Source: Sphyrna mokarran | Lineage: Eukaryota | Assembly (NCBI GenBank): GCA_024679065.1 | Contig: JAGIQG010000048.1 | Span: 372,001 to 436,000, forward strand | Length of the DNA: 64,000 nucleotides | Reading direction: 5' to 3' | In this document: positions 1 through 11,560 of the stretch, in pieces | Numbering within the stretch: the stretch's first letter is position 1 | How the letters are laid out: every line of letters starts with the position of its first letter | Position numbers and translations under genes: made by a program | The notes under the pieces: model-generated | Told to the model about the DNA's origin: nothing | Databases searched by the model: none | Seen by the model: the letters and a program-made list of their open reading frames with translations, nothing else

Positions 1-54
1 TTTCGCAAAATCACAAACATCTACAAACGTTTACAAATATTTACAAACATCACA

Positions 55-420
55 AACCAGCCTCCCGTCCACTGACTCTGTCTACGCTTCCCGCTGCCTC
101 GGGGAAAAGCAGCCGGTATAATTCAGGACCCCACGCACCCCAAACATTCTCTCTTCCACTTTCTTCCAGAGGGGAAACAAATACAAAAGTCGGAGGTCAC
201 GCACCAAACACAAGAACAGCTTCTTCCCTACAGCTGTCAGACTTTTGAATGGATCGACCTTGCATGAAGTTGGCCCTCCTCTGCACCCTCGCTACAACCG
301 TAACACTAGTCTGCATTCTCTCGTTTCCTTCTCTATGAACGGCATGCTTTGTCTGTATAACATGCGAGAAACAATACTTTTCAGGATATGTTAATACATG
401 TGACAATAATAAACCAAATC
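55..420 (+). mobile_element. Rex1/Babar-type LINE 3' fragment (mirror ~7200-7565 minus; another copy ~7850-8445 minus)
   Basis: Degenerate translation SLPSxDSVYASRC...AAGIIQDPTHPKHSLF...KNSFFPTAVRLLN resembles the Rex1 ORF C-terminus. Confidence 0.7.
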
Positions 421-504
421 AAACATTTCCTCCCTCCACAGATTTCTCTCTAATTCCAGTTACAGAGTCCCACAAATCTCTCTATTTCCCAGGTATGAGT
501 TGAA

Positions 505-1008
505 CTCATAGAACACTACAGCACAAACAGGCCCTTTGGCCCACAAGTTGTGCCCATCATATCTATACCTACCAGGCCATTGAACTATCTGTAACTCCCA
601 ATCCCATGTACTCATCCAGAAGTCTCTTAAAAGACCCCAGCGAGTTCGCCTCTACCACCACAGACGGCAACCGATTCCATTCACCCCCCCCCACTCTGAA
701 TGAAAAACTTACCTCTAACATCTCCTCTGTACTTGCCCCCCCAGCACCTTAAACCTGTGTCCTCTCGAAGCGACCATTTCAGCCCTGGGAAATAGCCTGC
801 AAGAATCCACTCTATCTATTCCTCTCAACATCTTATAAACCTCTATCAGGTCGCTTCTCAACCTTTGTCTCTCCAGGGAGAAGAGACCCAGCTCCCTCAA
901 CCTAAGACATGCCCCCTTAATCCAGGAACATCCTTGTAAATCTCCTCTGCACCCTCTCAATAGCTTCCACATCCTTCCTGTAGTGAGGTGACCAGAACTG
1001 CGTACAGT
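505..1008 (-). mobile_element. CR1 LINE 3' fragment (mirror ~6613-7110 plus)
   Basis: QFWSPHYRKDV...[22 protein letters not shown]...RGHRFK and a CR1-type tail. Confidence 0.9.
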
Positions 1009-1289
1009 CCTCATTTCCTTTGACAGGAGGTTGGGCTGGACTCTCCCCCTCACCTCCACACACACACACACACAGCCCCAGGAGTCACAGCCTCTGGATC
1101 TCTCCCCAGTAGGTTCTCCCACTCAGCTGCTTTTTCCAGCTGCTCAGACTCCCTTCTCCCACTCCCTGAACTCTTCCCCTTCCCTCCTGAAAACCTCCCT
1201 CTTTCTCACTCACTGACCCTGGGTTGGATGGGGAGGGAGGGAGGGAGGGAGGGGGGGACACACAGGAAGAAGGTTCAATCTGTATGAGA

Positions 1290-1560
1290 GGCTCAACCTC
1301 CAACGTCACAAAGCCCACTCAACTGATTGGCTGGAGTACAAGAGTCCTTCCGGTCTGCCAGGGCTCCTGATTGGTCAGAACTTGGTTGGGGGGGGAAACA
1401 ATGGGTCTATTTTCCGGGATGGCCCGGGGAGGGGGAGGAGACAGGGTGTGCGCCTGCGCACTGGAAGCCCATGAGGTCATTGTGGAGCGGGCTGATTCCT
1501 ATTGGCTGATTCAGGTGGGGGTTCCCGGTGTGACGTCACAAGGCGGAAGTTGGTCAATGA
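1290..1560 (-). promoter_or_regulatory. Mirror copy of the housekeeping-type promoter (CCAAT x3, CRE, NRF1, ETS)
   Basis: Reverse complement of 6065-6330; tgacgtca, tgcgcctgcgca and ctgattgg motifs. Confidence 0.6.
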
Positions 1561-2039
1561 GCTTCAGAGTGAAACTCCCTCCTCTGAGGAACTCAATGTC
1601 TTCCCCTCTTCTCCATTTCTTTTCTCATTCCAGGGATGGAGGGGGGAATTGGGGACTTGCAGCAACTGGGGAGGGGGGGGTGGTGGGGGGCAAGGAAGTG
1701 AGTCCAGGGAGGCTGCAGATTCTGGAAAGGTTAAGACAAACATTGGAATTAGGAGCAGGACTAGCCCGGGTATCTTTCTGTCTCAAAGTCATTGACAACC
1801 TTCAACTCCCTCAGTTGGACAGATCTACTCATCTGGACAATAGGGTGGCCTCTTATCCAATGTTCACAATGAAAGGGGGAGCTTTCCCAGGAGAGGACTA
1901 ATATTTAAGTGAGGGGCAGAGATATGTTCAACGTAGTTACGTGTCATGTTATTTATGATTCTCTATTTCTTGTCTTGGAACATGTAGCACTTTGTCAATG
2001 TTACCTATTTGATTTGATTGATTCTTACCCCGTGTCCAA

Positions 2040-2950
2040 AAAAAGTGCAGATGGAAGCAAATTACTGCAGACGCTGGAATTGGAAACCAAAGGAGAAAAG
2101 GCTGGAAAATCTCAGCAGGTCTGGTAGAACATAGAACATTACAGCGCAGAACAGGCCCTTCGGCCTTCGATGTTGCGCCGACCAATTATGAAAAAGCAAT
2201 GACCCTCTAACCTAAACCATTCCCTTTTCGTCCATAAACTTATCTACTCACCTCTTAAACGCCCCCAAACTTGGCGCATTTACAACTGACGCAGGCAGGG
2301 CATTCCATACCCTTACCACCCTCTGGGGAAAGAATCTACCTCTGATATCCGTCCTATAACTACCACCCCTTAATTTAAAGCTACGTCCCCTCATGCTAGC
2401 TTTCTCCATCCGAGGAAAAAGGCTATCACTGTCCACCCTATCTAAACCTCTAATCATCTTATATGTTTCAATAAGGTCTCCAAGCACATAAGGAGAGAAA
2501 AGAGCTGACGTTTTAAGTCTAAATGACTCTTTGTCGATGCTAAAAGGCATTAAAAAAGGGGGATATTTGTAGTGCAGGGTGAGAGACTGAACAATGAGTC
2601 ATAGACACAAAAACCAGGGGAAAAGGCTGCTAATGGCAGCCCATAGATAATAATGCGTGTGAATGGCCTAATAGCAGAGGAGCTGAAATCAGAGAGTAAA
2701 CTGTGACAGATGAAGATGTTGGGCGGGGGTGGGGAGAAAGGGTGGGAGAGGGGTAATATTTACAAAAAGGGGAAGCAAAGGAGGTTCTATGACTATGACT
2801 CGTTTTTCATTCCCCACCCCTGCGTATGAATATCTCCCACTTTCTATGCCTTTTAGCTTTGGCAAAGAGTCATCTCGACTTGAAACACCAGCTCTTTCCT
2901 GTCCTTATAGATGCTGCCAGAGATTTTCCAGCATTTTCTCTTTTGAATCC
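2040..2950. mobile_element. Penelope-like remnant with inverted terminal repeats, interrupted by a CR1 (mirror ~4675-5580)
   Basis: gaaaaggctggaaaatctcagcaggtctg...gactctttgtc at the left matches inverted tttggcaaagagtcatctcgacttgaaac...gagattttccagcattttc at the right; decayed hammerhead-like core. Confidence 0.55.
2127..2480 (-). mobile_element. CR1 LINE 3' fragment (mirror ~5143-5498 plus)
   Basis: GDLIETYKMIRGLDRVD...RGRFF.QRVVRVWNALP; (atgttct)n tail. Confidence 0.9.
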
Positions 2951-5900
2951 AAAGATATGTGGGTTCGGTTGATTGGCCAATTTATCATGGCCATGGTGTC
3001 GGGGGAATTAGCGGATACGTTATGTGGGGTTGCAGGAATAGGGGCCTTAGGGTTGTGGTTGGTACAGACTCAGTGGGCCGAATGGCCGCCTTCTGCACTG
3101 CAGGGATTCTATTCTTGGGTTAGTGTATAATGAAAAGCATTGTTTTTTTTTGCCTGCTATAGAGACAAAACATACTGTGCATAGAAAAGGAAAGGAGAGG
3201 GTAGAATATGTAGTGTTACATATGTATGTATATGTCATGTACATTTCCAGTGATGCAAACATGACAGCATAGAAAGAATCCATTTGGCAACTCAAATCCA
3301 TGGCAACTCTCGGTAGAGCAGTTCCGTCCATTCCATTCTCCCTCGATATCCTCATTCTCCTGAGCTTCATGTCACAAATAGGCAACCTTGATGATGATGT
3401 GGGTGTGCGACTGGAAGCTCAGCTTGCAGTGGGAGATTTCACCCCTTGTCAGGAGGAAGGACGGGTTTGTGGGAGAGGGTGTGGAATTTGTAGGGGGAAC
3501 TGAACTCAATGGGTTCAGTGTTTATGTGGAAGAACTTTTAGCACTGGATGTCCGAGAAGTCAGAACGGTGTATGAGTTAGAAGGGAGCTTGGAGCTGATG
3601 GTGTTCACACCGACCTGCTACCTGGGTCCTTATCGGTGATGGAGTTTGGGAGATTCTGCCGACGTTTCTGTCGAGTTTAGATGTTTGAAATCCCTCTTCT
3701 TCGCCTCTCCCATTTCTCTCTGAAACCTCAGACAGATTCTTGTGTAGGCCCAGCCCAGGTGGCACAACCTTCCCTGACGGGACCTTAGTCAATCAGTTGG
3801 GTTGTTATGACAATCAGCGGCTTTCAACTTATCTTTTCCTCACTCCAGCCTCCACAAAAACACCACCTGGGCTGGGCCTACACAAGAATCTATCTGAGGT
3901 GACAGAGAGAAATGGGAGAGGCGAAGAAGAGGGATTTCAAACATCTAAACTCGGCAGAAACGTCGGCAGAATCTCCCAAACTCCATCACCGATAAGGACC
4001 CAGGTAGCAGGTCGGTGTGAACACCATCAGCTCCAAGCTCCCTTCTAACTCATACACCGTTCTGACTTCTCTGACATCCAGTGCTAAAAGTTCTTCCACA
4101 TAAACACTGAACCCATTGAGTTCAGTTCCCACTACAAATTCCACACCCTCTCCCACAAACCCGCCCTTCCTCCTGACAAGGGGTGAAATCTCCCACCGCA
4201 AGCTGAGCTTCCAGTCGCACACCCACATCATCATCAAGGTTGCCTATTTGTGACATGAAGCTCAGGAGAATGAGGATATCGAGGGAGAATGGAATGGACG
4301 GAACTGCTCTACCGAGAGTTGCCATGGATTTGAGTTGCCTAATGGATTCCTTCTATGCTGTCATGTTTGCATCACTGGAAATGTACATGACATATACATA
4401 CATATGTAACACTACATATTCTACCCTCTCCTTTCCTTTTCTATGCACAGTATGTTTTGTCTCTATAGCAGGCAAAAAAAAACAATGCTTTTCATTATAC
4501 ACTAATCCAAGAATAGAATCCCTGCAGTGCAGAAGGCGGCCATTCGGCCCACTGAGTCTGTACCAACCACAACCCTAAGGCCCCTATTCCTGCAACCCCA
4601 CATAACGTATCCGCTAATTCCCCCGACACCATGACCATGATAAATTGGCCAATCATCCGAACCCACATATCTTTGGATTCAAAAGAGAAAATGCTGGAAA
4701 ATCTCTGGCAGCATCTATAAGGACAGGGAAGAGCTGGTGTTTCAAGTCGAGATGACTCTTTGCCAAAGCTAAAAGGCATAGAAAGTGGGAGATATTCATA
4801 CGCAGGGGTGGGGGATGAAAAACGAGTCATAGTCATAGAAACTCCTTTGCTTCCCCTTTTTGTAAATATTACCCCTCTCCCACCCTTTCTCCCCACCCCC
4901 GCCCAACATCTTCATCTGTCACAGTTTACTCTCTGATTTCAGCTCCTCTGCTATTAGGCCATTCACACGCATTATTATCTATGGGCTGCCATTAGCAGCC
5001 TTTTCCCCTGGTTTTTGTGTCTATGACTCATTGTTCAGTCTCTCACCCTGCACTACAAATATCCCCCTTTTTTAATGCCTTTTAGCATTGACAAAGAGTC
5101 ATTTAGACTTAAAACGTCAGCTCTTTTCTCTCCTTATGTGCTTGGAGACCTTATTGAAACATATAAGATGATTAGAGGTTTAGATAGGGTGGACAGTGAT
5201 AGCCTTTTTCCTCGGATGGAGAAAGCTAGCACAAGGGGACGTAGCTTTAAATTAAGGGGTGGTAGTTATAGGACGGATGTCAGAGGTAGGTTCTTTACCC
5301 AGAGGTGGTAAGGGTATGGAATGCCCTGCCTGCTGCAGTTGTAGATGCGCCAAGTTTGGTGGCGTTTAAGAGGTTAGTTGATAAGTTTATGGAAGAGAAG
5401 GGAATGGTTTAGTTTGGAGGGTCATTGCTTTTTCATAATTGGTCGGCGCAACATCGAAGGCCGAAGGGCCTGTTCTGCGCTGTGATGTTCTATGTTCTAC
5501 CAGACCTGCTGAGATTTTCCAGCCTTTTCCCCTTTGGTTTCCAATTCCAGCGTCTGCAGTAATTTGCTTCCATCTGCACTTTTTTTGGACACGGGGTAAG
5601 AATCAATCAAATCAAATAGGTAACATTGACAAAGTGCTACATAATCCAAGACAAGAAATAGAGAATCATAAATAACATGACTCGTAACTACGTTGAACAT
5701 ATCTCTGCCCCTCACTTAAATATTAGTCCTCTCCTGGGAAAGCTCCCCCTTTCATTGTGAACATTGGATAAGAGGCTACCCTATTGTCCAGATGAGTAGA
5801 TCTGTCCAACTGAGGGAGTTGAAGGTTGTCAATGACTTTGAGACAGAAAGATACCCGGGCTAGTCCTGCGCCTAATTCCAATGTTTGTCTTAACCTTTCC

Positions 5901-6064
5901 AGAATCTGCAGCCTCCCTGGACTCACTTCCTTGCCCCCCACCCCCCCCCCCTCCCCAGTTGCTGCAAGTCCCCAATTCCCCCCTCCATCCCTGGAATGAG
6001 AAAAGAAATGGAGAAGAGGGGAAGACATTGAGTTCCTCAGAGGAGGGAGTTTCACTCTGAAGCT

Positions 6065-6330
6065 CATTGACCAACTTCCGCCTTGTGACGTCACACCGGG
6101 AACCCCCACCTGAATCAGCCAATAGGAATCAGCCCGCTCCACAATGACCTCATGGACTTCCAGTGCGCAGGCGCACAACCTGTCTCCTCCCCCCCCGCCC
6201 ATCCCGGAAAATAGACCCATTGTTTCCCCCCCCAACCAAGTGCTGACCAATCAGGAGCCCTGGCAGACCGGAAGGACTCTTTTACTCCAGCCAATCAGTT
6301 GAGTGGGCTTTGTGACGTTGGAGGTTGAGC
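6065..6330 (+). promoter_or_regulatory. Candidate promoter of the downstream zinc-finger gene
   Basis: TGACGTCA 6086-6093, ACTTCCGC 6074, TGCGCAGGCGCA (NRF1) 6164-6175, ACCGGAAG 6267, and CCAAT boxes near 6119, 6247 and 6291, all within 270 bp. Confidence 0.65.
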
Positions 6331-8069
6331 CTCTCATACAGATTGAACCTTCTTCCTGTGTGTCCCCCCCTCCCTCCCTCCCTCCCTCCCCATCCAACCC
6401 AGGGTCAGTGAGTGAGAAAGAGGGAGGTTTTCAGGAGGGAAGGGGAAGAGTTCAGGGAGTGGGAGAAGGGAGTCTGAGCAGCTGGAAAAAGCAGCTGAGT
6501 GGGAGAACCTACTGGGGAGAGATCCAGAGGCTGTGACTCCTGGGGCTGTGTGTGTGTGTGTGTGGAGGTGAGGGGGAGAGTCCAGCCCAACCTCCTGTCA
6601 AAGGAAATGAGGACTGTACGCAGTTCTGGTCACCTCACTACAGGAAGGATGTGGAAGCTATTGAGAGGGTGCAGAGGAGATTTACAAGGATGTTCCTGGA
6701 TTGGGGGGCATGCCTTAGGTTGAGGGAGCTGGGTCTCTTCTCCCTGGAGAGACAAAGGTTGAGAGGCGACCTGATAGAGGTTTATAAGATGATGAGAGGA
6801 ATAGATAGAGTGGATTCTCGGAGGCTATTTCCCAGGGCTGAAATGGTCGCTACGAGAGGACACAGGTTTAAGGTGCTGGGGGGGCAAGTACAGAGGAGAT
6901 GTTAGAGGTAAGTTTTTCATTCAGAGTGGGGGTGGTGAATGGAATTGGTTGCCGTCTGTGGTGGTAGAGGCGAACTCACTGGGGTCTTTTAAGAGACTTC
7001 TGGATGAGTTCATGGGATTGGGAGTTACAGATAGTTCAATGGCCTGGTAGGTATAGATATGATGGGCACAACTTGTGGGCCGAAGGGCCTGTTTGTGCTG
7101 TAGTGTTCTATGAGCTCAACTCATACCTGGGAAATACAGAGATTTGTGGGACTCTGTAACTGGAATTAGAGACAAATCTGTGGAGGGAGGAAATGTTTGA
7201 TTTGATTTATTATTGTCACATGTATTAACATATCCTGAAAAGTATTGTTTCTCGCATGTCATACAGACAAAGCATGCCGTTCATAGAGAAGGAAACGAGA
7301 GAATGCAGACTCGTGTTACGGTTGTAGCGAGGGTGCAGAGGAGGGCCAACTTCGTGCAAGGTCGATCCATTCAAAAGTCTGACAGCTGTAGGGAAGAAGC
7401 TGTTCTTGTGTTTGGTGCGTGACCTCCGACTTTTGTATTTGTTTCCCCTCTGGAAGAAAGTGGGAGAGAGAATGTTTGGGGTGCGTGGGGTCCTGAATTA
7501 TACCGGCTGCTTTTCCCCGAGGCAGCGGGAAGTGTAGACAGAGTCAGTGGACGGGAGGCTGGTTTGTGATGTTTGTAAATATTTGTAAACGTTTGTAGAT
7601 GTTTGTGATTTTGCGAAACCCGCTGTTATTGTCTGAATTATTTAAAAGTTAAATTTACCCAGTTCCTAAAAAGTATCATTGTCTGTGAATGCGTGTTTCA
7701 TTTATGTTCATTTTATTTTGATTATTGCTGTAAAAGTATTAAATTAATGAAACCTTATTCTTTGGTTTATTCCATTAGGATTGGCTGGGAAATAATTTAT
7801 TTGAAGATTATCAGTCTCTATGGAGAGGTATTTCTAGTTTTGTTACTGTATATTGAAAAGTATTGTTTCTTGCACGTTATACAAAACATACCATTCATAG
7901 AAAAGGAAAGAAGGGCGTGCAGAATGTAGTATCACAGTTATAGCTTAAGTGCAGAGAAAGATCAGCCTGGGTGCATGTAAAAGTTTGACAGCAGCAGGGA
8001 AGAAGCTGTTCTTATGTTGGTTGGTCCGTGCCCTCAGATTTTTGTATCTTCTTCCCGACAGAAGAAATC

Positions 8070-8333
8070 CTAGAATCCCTACAGTGCAGAAGAAGGCCAT
8101 TTGGCCCATCGAGTCTGCACCGACCACAATCCCACCCAGGCCTGATCCCCATATCCCCTATATATTTATCTGCTAATCCCTCTAACCTATGCATCTCGCA
8201 ACTCTTAAGGGTATTTTTTTTTTTAGCATGGCCAATTAACCCAACCCGCACATCTGCAGGAGGAAACCGGGGCGGAAACCCACGCAGACACGAGGAAACT
8301 GTGCAAACTCCCCACAGACAGTGCCCCAAGCCA
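8070..8333 (-). mobile_element. V-SINE (HE1-like) inserted in a Rex1 fragment
   Basis: V-domain gtctgtggggagtttgcac...gtgtctgcgtgggtttcc and CR1-like tail on the minus strand. Confidence 0.75.
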
Positions 8334-9339
8334 GGAAAAAGGTGGAGGAGAGAATGCCCAGGGTGTATATGGGGTCCTTAATTATACCGGCTGTTTTGCT
8401 GAGGCAGAGGGAAGTGTAGACAGAGTCAGTGGACGGGAGGCTAGTTTGTGATGTTTGTAAATATTCGTAAACGTTTGCAAATCTTTGTGATTTTTTTTAT
8501 GGAACCTGTTGTTATTTAAAATCAAATTTCTCCTACTTGTTGAAGTGCCATTGTTTGTGAATGTGTGCTTCGTTTATGTTGATTTTACTTTGATTATTGC
8601 AGTGGAAGTATAAAATTAATGAAACCTTATTCTTTGCTTTATTTCATTAGGATTGGCTGGGAAATTGTTTATTTGAAGATTATCAGACTGTGTGGAGAGG
8701 TATTTCTAGTTTTGTTATTGTGTGTGTTGGATATATTATTGTTGATGCTGCAGTAAGGTACATTTATTTTTATTCTTGGGGTATAGTAATGTAGTTATGT
8801 TATATATTTCCAGTCAGTGAGACATTACAGCACAAAAAATGTCCATTTGGCAACTTGAATGCATGTCAATTCTCTATCGAACAATCCAGTCAGTCCCACT
8901 GCCCCTCTGTATCACTGCCTGACAGGTTTATTTCTTTTGAATGACGAACATCATTTGAAATCATGTCCTCGTGTGGGGTGAATTCCAGTTTATTTCACTT
9001 GAAGTCCAAACCTTGTAAACATATTTCCCAACTCTAATAAAGCAACATCGAGCTTTCACACAAATTATACTCCAGTTGTATGAGGGATAGATGGGTGAAC
9101 AGCTTGCCTGAAGATTTTCAGGTCTGTGTGTCCTGGAGCAAGAACCAGCAGAATCGGGAGAGTGACCATTTGGTGCCGAATGTGTGGGACAGAAATTTCC
9201 AATTTTTCAGGACTACAAGAATAGAAAATAGTTCAATTGAATCGAGAATTGTCCATTCTGAATTTCTTCTCTATTGTAAACTTCCTTCACAGGATATTAG
9301 AAGGGGAGGATTTACAGGACAGAAATATCGAAACAAAAG

Positions 9340-9590
9340 TAAATTAAGGGGTGATAGTTATAGGACGGATGTCAGAGTTAGGTTCTTTACCCAAAGGGTG
9401 GTTCGGGAGTGGAATGCCCTGCCTGCGGCAGTTGTAGATGCGCCAAGTTTGTTGACGTTTAAGAGGTTAGTTGATAAGTATATGGAAGAGAAGGGAATGG
9501 TTTAGTTTGTAGGGGCATTGCTTTTTATATTGGTCGGCGCAACATCGAAGGCCGAAGGGCCAGTTCTGTGCTGTAATGTTCTATGTTCTA
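9340..9590 (+). mobile_element. CR1 LINE 3' fragment
   Basis: KLRGDSYRTDVRVRFFTQRVVREWNALP; gaagggcc...atgttct tail. Confidence 0.9.
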
Positions 9591-9882
9591 AAACATCACG
9601 CTCAGATCTGACAGAATCACTCAATTAATCTCAATGTGAATATCATCGCCTTGGATTCTAGAAGGAGAATTTTTTGTTTTTGTTTGTCAGTGGGAAAAGA
9701 TTGAACTTCAGTGTGATTGGAAAAGCACTGAGAAGTATAAACCTGAGTGAGAGTGTTCAGGTTACACAGTCTGACTAACATTGCACCATTTACATTGAGA
9801 GAGACTGTACATCTGTTCTCGGTGAGGACGAGGCTTCATTTGATCGTCAAACCTGGAGGAACAGAAGGCCTCCCGCATCAGG

Positions 9883-11083
9883 GAGAAACAGTGGAAATGT
9901 GGGGACTGTGGAAAAGGATTCAAAGCACCGTGTGAGCTGGAGATCCATCGGCGCAGTCACACTGGGGAGAAGCCGTTCACCTGCCCTGATTGTGGGAAGG
10001 GATTGATTCTCTCAGTTATCCAACCTGGTGACACATCAGAAAATTCACCGTGGGGAGAGGCCGTTCGCCTGCGCTGAGTGCGGCAAGGGTTTCGCTGATG
10101 CGTCCCGGCTCCTGGCCCACGGACGCACTCACACGGGGGAGAGGCCTTTCGCCTGCACTGAGTGCGGGAAGGGATTCGGAGACCCGTCCAGCCTCCGGAG
10201 ACACAAGCGAGTTCACAGCGGGGAGAGGTCATTCGCCTGCGCCGTGTGCGGGAAGGGATTCACTCTTTCATCCAACCTGCGCAGACACCAGCGAATACAC
10301 AGCAGGGAGAAGCTCTTCAGCTGCTCAGAGTGTGGCGAGGGATTCAGTAATTCCTCCGCTGTGCAGAAGCACCGGAGAGTTCACACCGGGGAGAGGCCGT
10401 ACGCCTGCTCTGACTGCGGGAAGGGATTCACTCGGTCATCCCACCTGCTGATACATCAGCGAGTCCACACGGGAGAGAGGCCGTTCGCCTGCTCCGTGTG
10501 CGGGAAAGGGTTCAGTGCGTCCTCCACCCTGCAGAACCACCAGGCGGTTCACACCGGGGAGAGGTCATTCACCTGCTCCGTGTGCGGGAAGGGATTCACT
10601 CAGTTATCGAGCTCGCTACGACACCAGGCGGTTCACAGCGGGGAGAGGCCGTTCCCCTGCTCCGTGTGCGGCAAGAGGTTTACCAGGTCCACCAGTCTGC
10701 TGACACACCAGCGCGTTCACTCTGGGGAAAGGCCCTTCAGTTGCGCCGAGTGTGGGAAGGGCTTCACGGACTCCTCCAGCCTCTGGAAACACCGGCGGGT
10801 TCACAGCGGGGAGAGGCCGTTCGCCTGCTCTGTGTGCGGGAAAGGATTCTCCGAGTTGTCCAGCCTGCGAGCGCACCGCCGGGTTCACACCGGGGAGACG
10901 CCTTTCGCCTGCTCCGTGTGCGGGAAGGGATTTACCGATCCTTCCAGCCTGCGGAAACACAAGCAAGTTCACACGGACGAGAGAGGCTGTTCACCTGCTC
11001 CGAGTGTAGGAAAAGATTCCCTGAATCATCCAGCCTGCTGAGACATTATGGCAGTCTCACCGATCAGAGATCCTCTGGGTATT
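9883..11083 (+). pseudogene. C2H2 tandem zinc-finger gene (~14 fingers, 11 intact in ORF 10028-11041), probably a pseudogene
   Basis: Repeated CxxCGKGF...HxxxH-TGERPF units. A 4-bp duplication (gattgatt, 10001-10008) shifts finger 2, an extra ag near 10980 shifts the last finger, and there is no ATG before [13 protein letters not shown]. Confidence 0.85.
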
Positions 11084-11417
11084 AATTGTATAATTTGGGG
11101 TTAAATATACACAAGCAGTGATGAGATGTTTACATGAGCACATATAGACACTTACTGACAGAGCACGGAGTGGTATTAGGAGGGAGATACCTGTAATCTT
11201 TCACTCTGAATAAATCTACAGCGAGTAAAGATTGGAATCAGTTTCCTCCTTCACCATAAGGTGGTTAGGATTATAACGTGCTGACAGAGAATATTTGAAA
11301 ATACCTGACATTTCCAATCTGAATAATTGAGAAGGAAGTAATGAGAGCTTTGATAAAAATCAGGAGGGAAAGGGGCAAATTATTTTAAAGCAACACAGAC
11401 AATTTGTTCACAGTATT

Positions 11418-11560
11418 TCTTATGAAGATAGGTTGAGGGAGCTGGGACTCTTCTCACTGGAGAGACGTAGGTTGAGAGGTGACCTGATAGAGGTTTATAA
11501 GATGTTGAGAGGAATAGATAGGGTGGATTCTCAGAGACTATTTCCCCGAGCTGGAATGGC
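11418..11560 (+). mobile_element. CR1 fragment abutting the long CR1
   Basis: [29 protein letters not shown]. Confidence 0.8.

Larger units (their letters stand above)
1..7618. repeat. Large palindrome: arms 1-3762 and 3863-7618 (left arm runs off the window), 100-bp spacer
   Basis: Window start tttcgcaaaatcac is the reverse complement of gtgattttgcgaaa ending at 7618. The ORF track is mirrored (e.g. 1371-1901+ / 5723-6250-). Inner ends are cccaggtgg (3762) and ccacctggg (3863). Confidence 0.95.

Noticed and set aside
1371-1901. 176-aa ORF and its mirror 5723-6250
   Set aside because: Non-ATG start, overlaps promoter motifs, no domain; its conservation merely reflects the palindrome.
3388-4237. 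ORFs around the palindrome centre
   Set aside because: No recognisable protein; adjacent frames are interrupted; origin unresolved.
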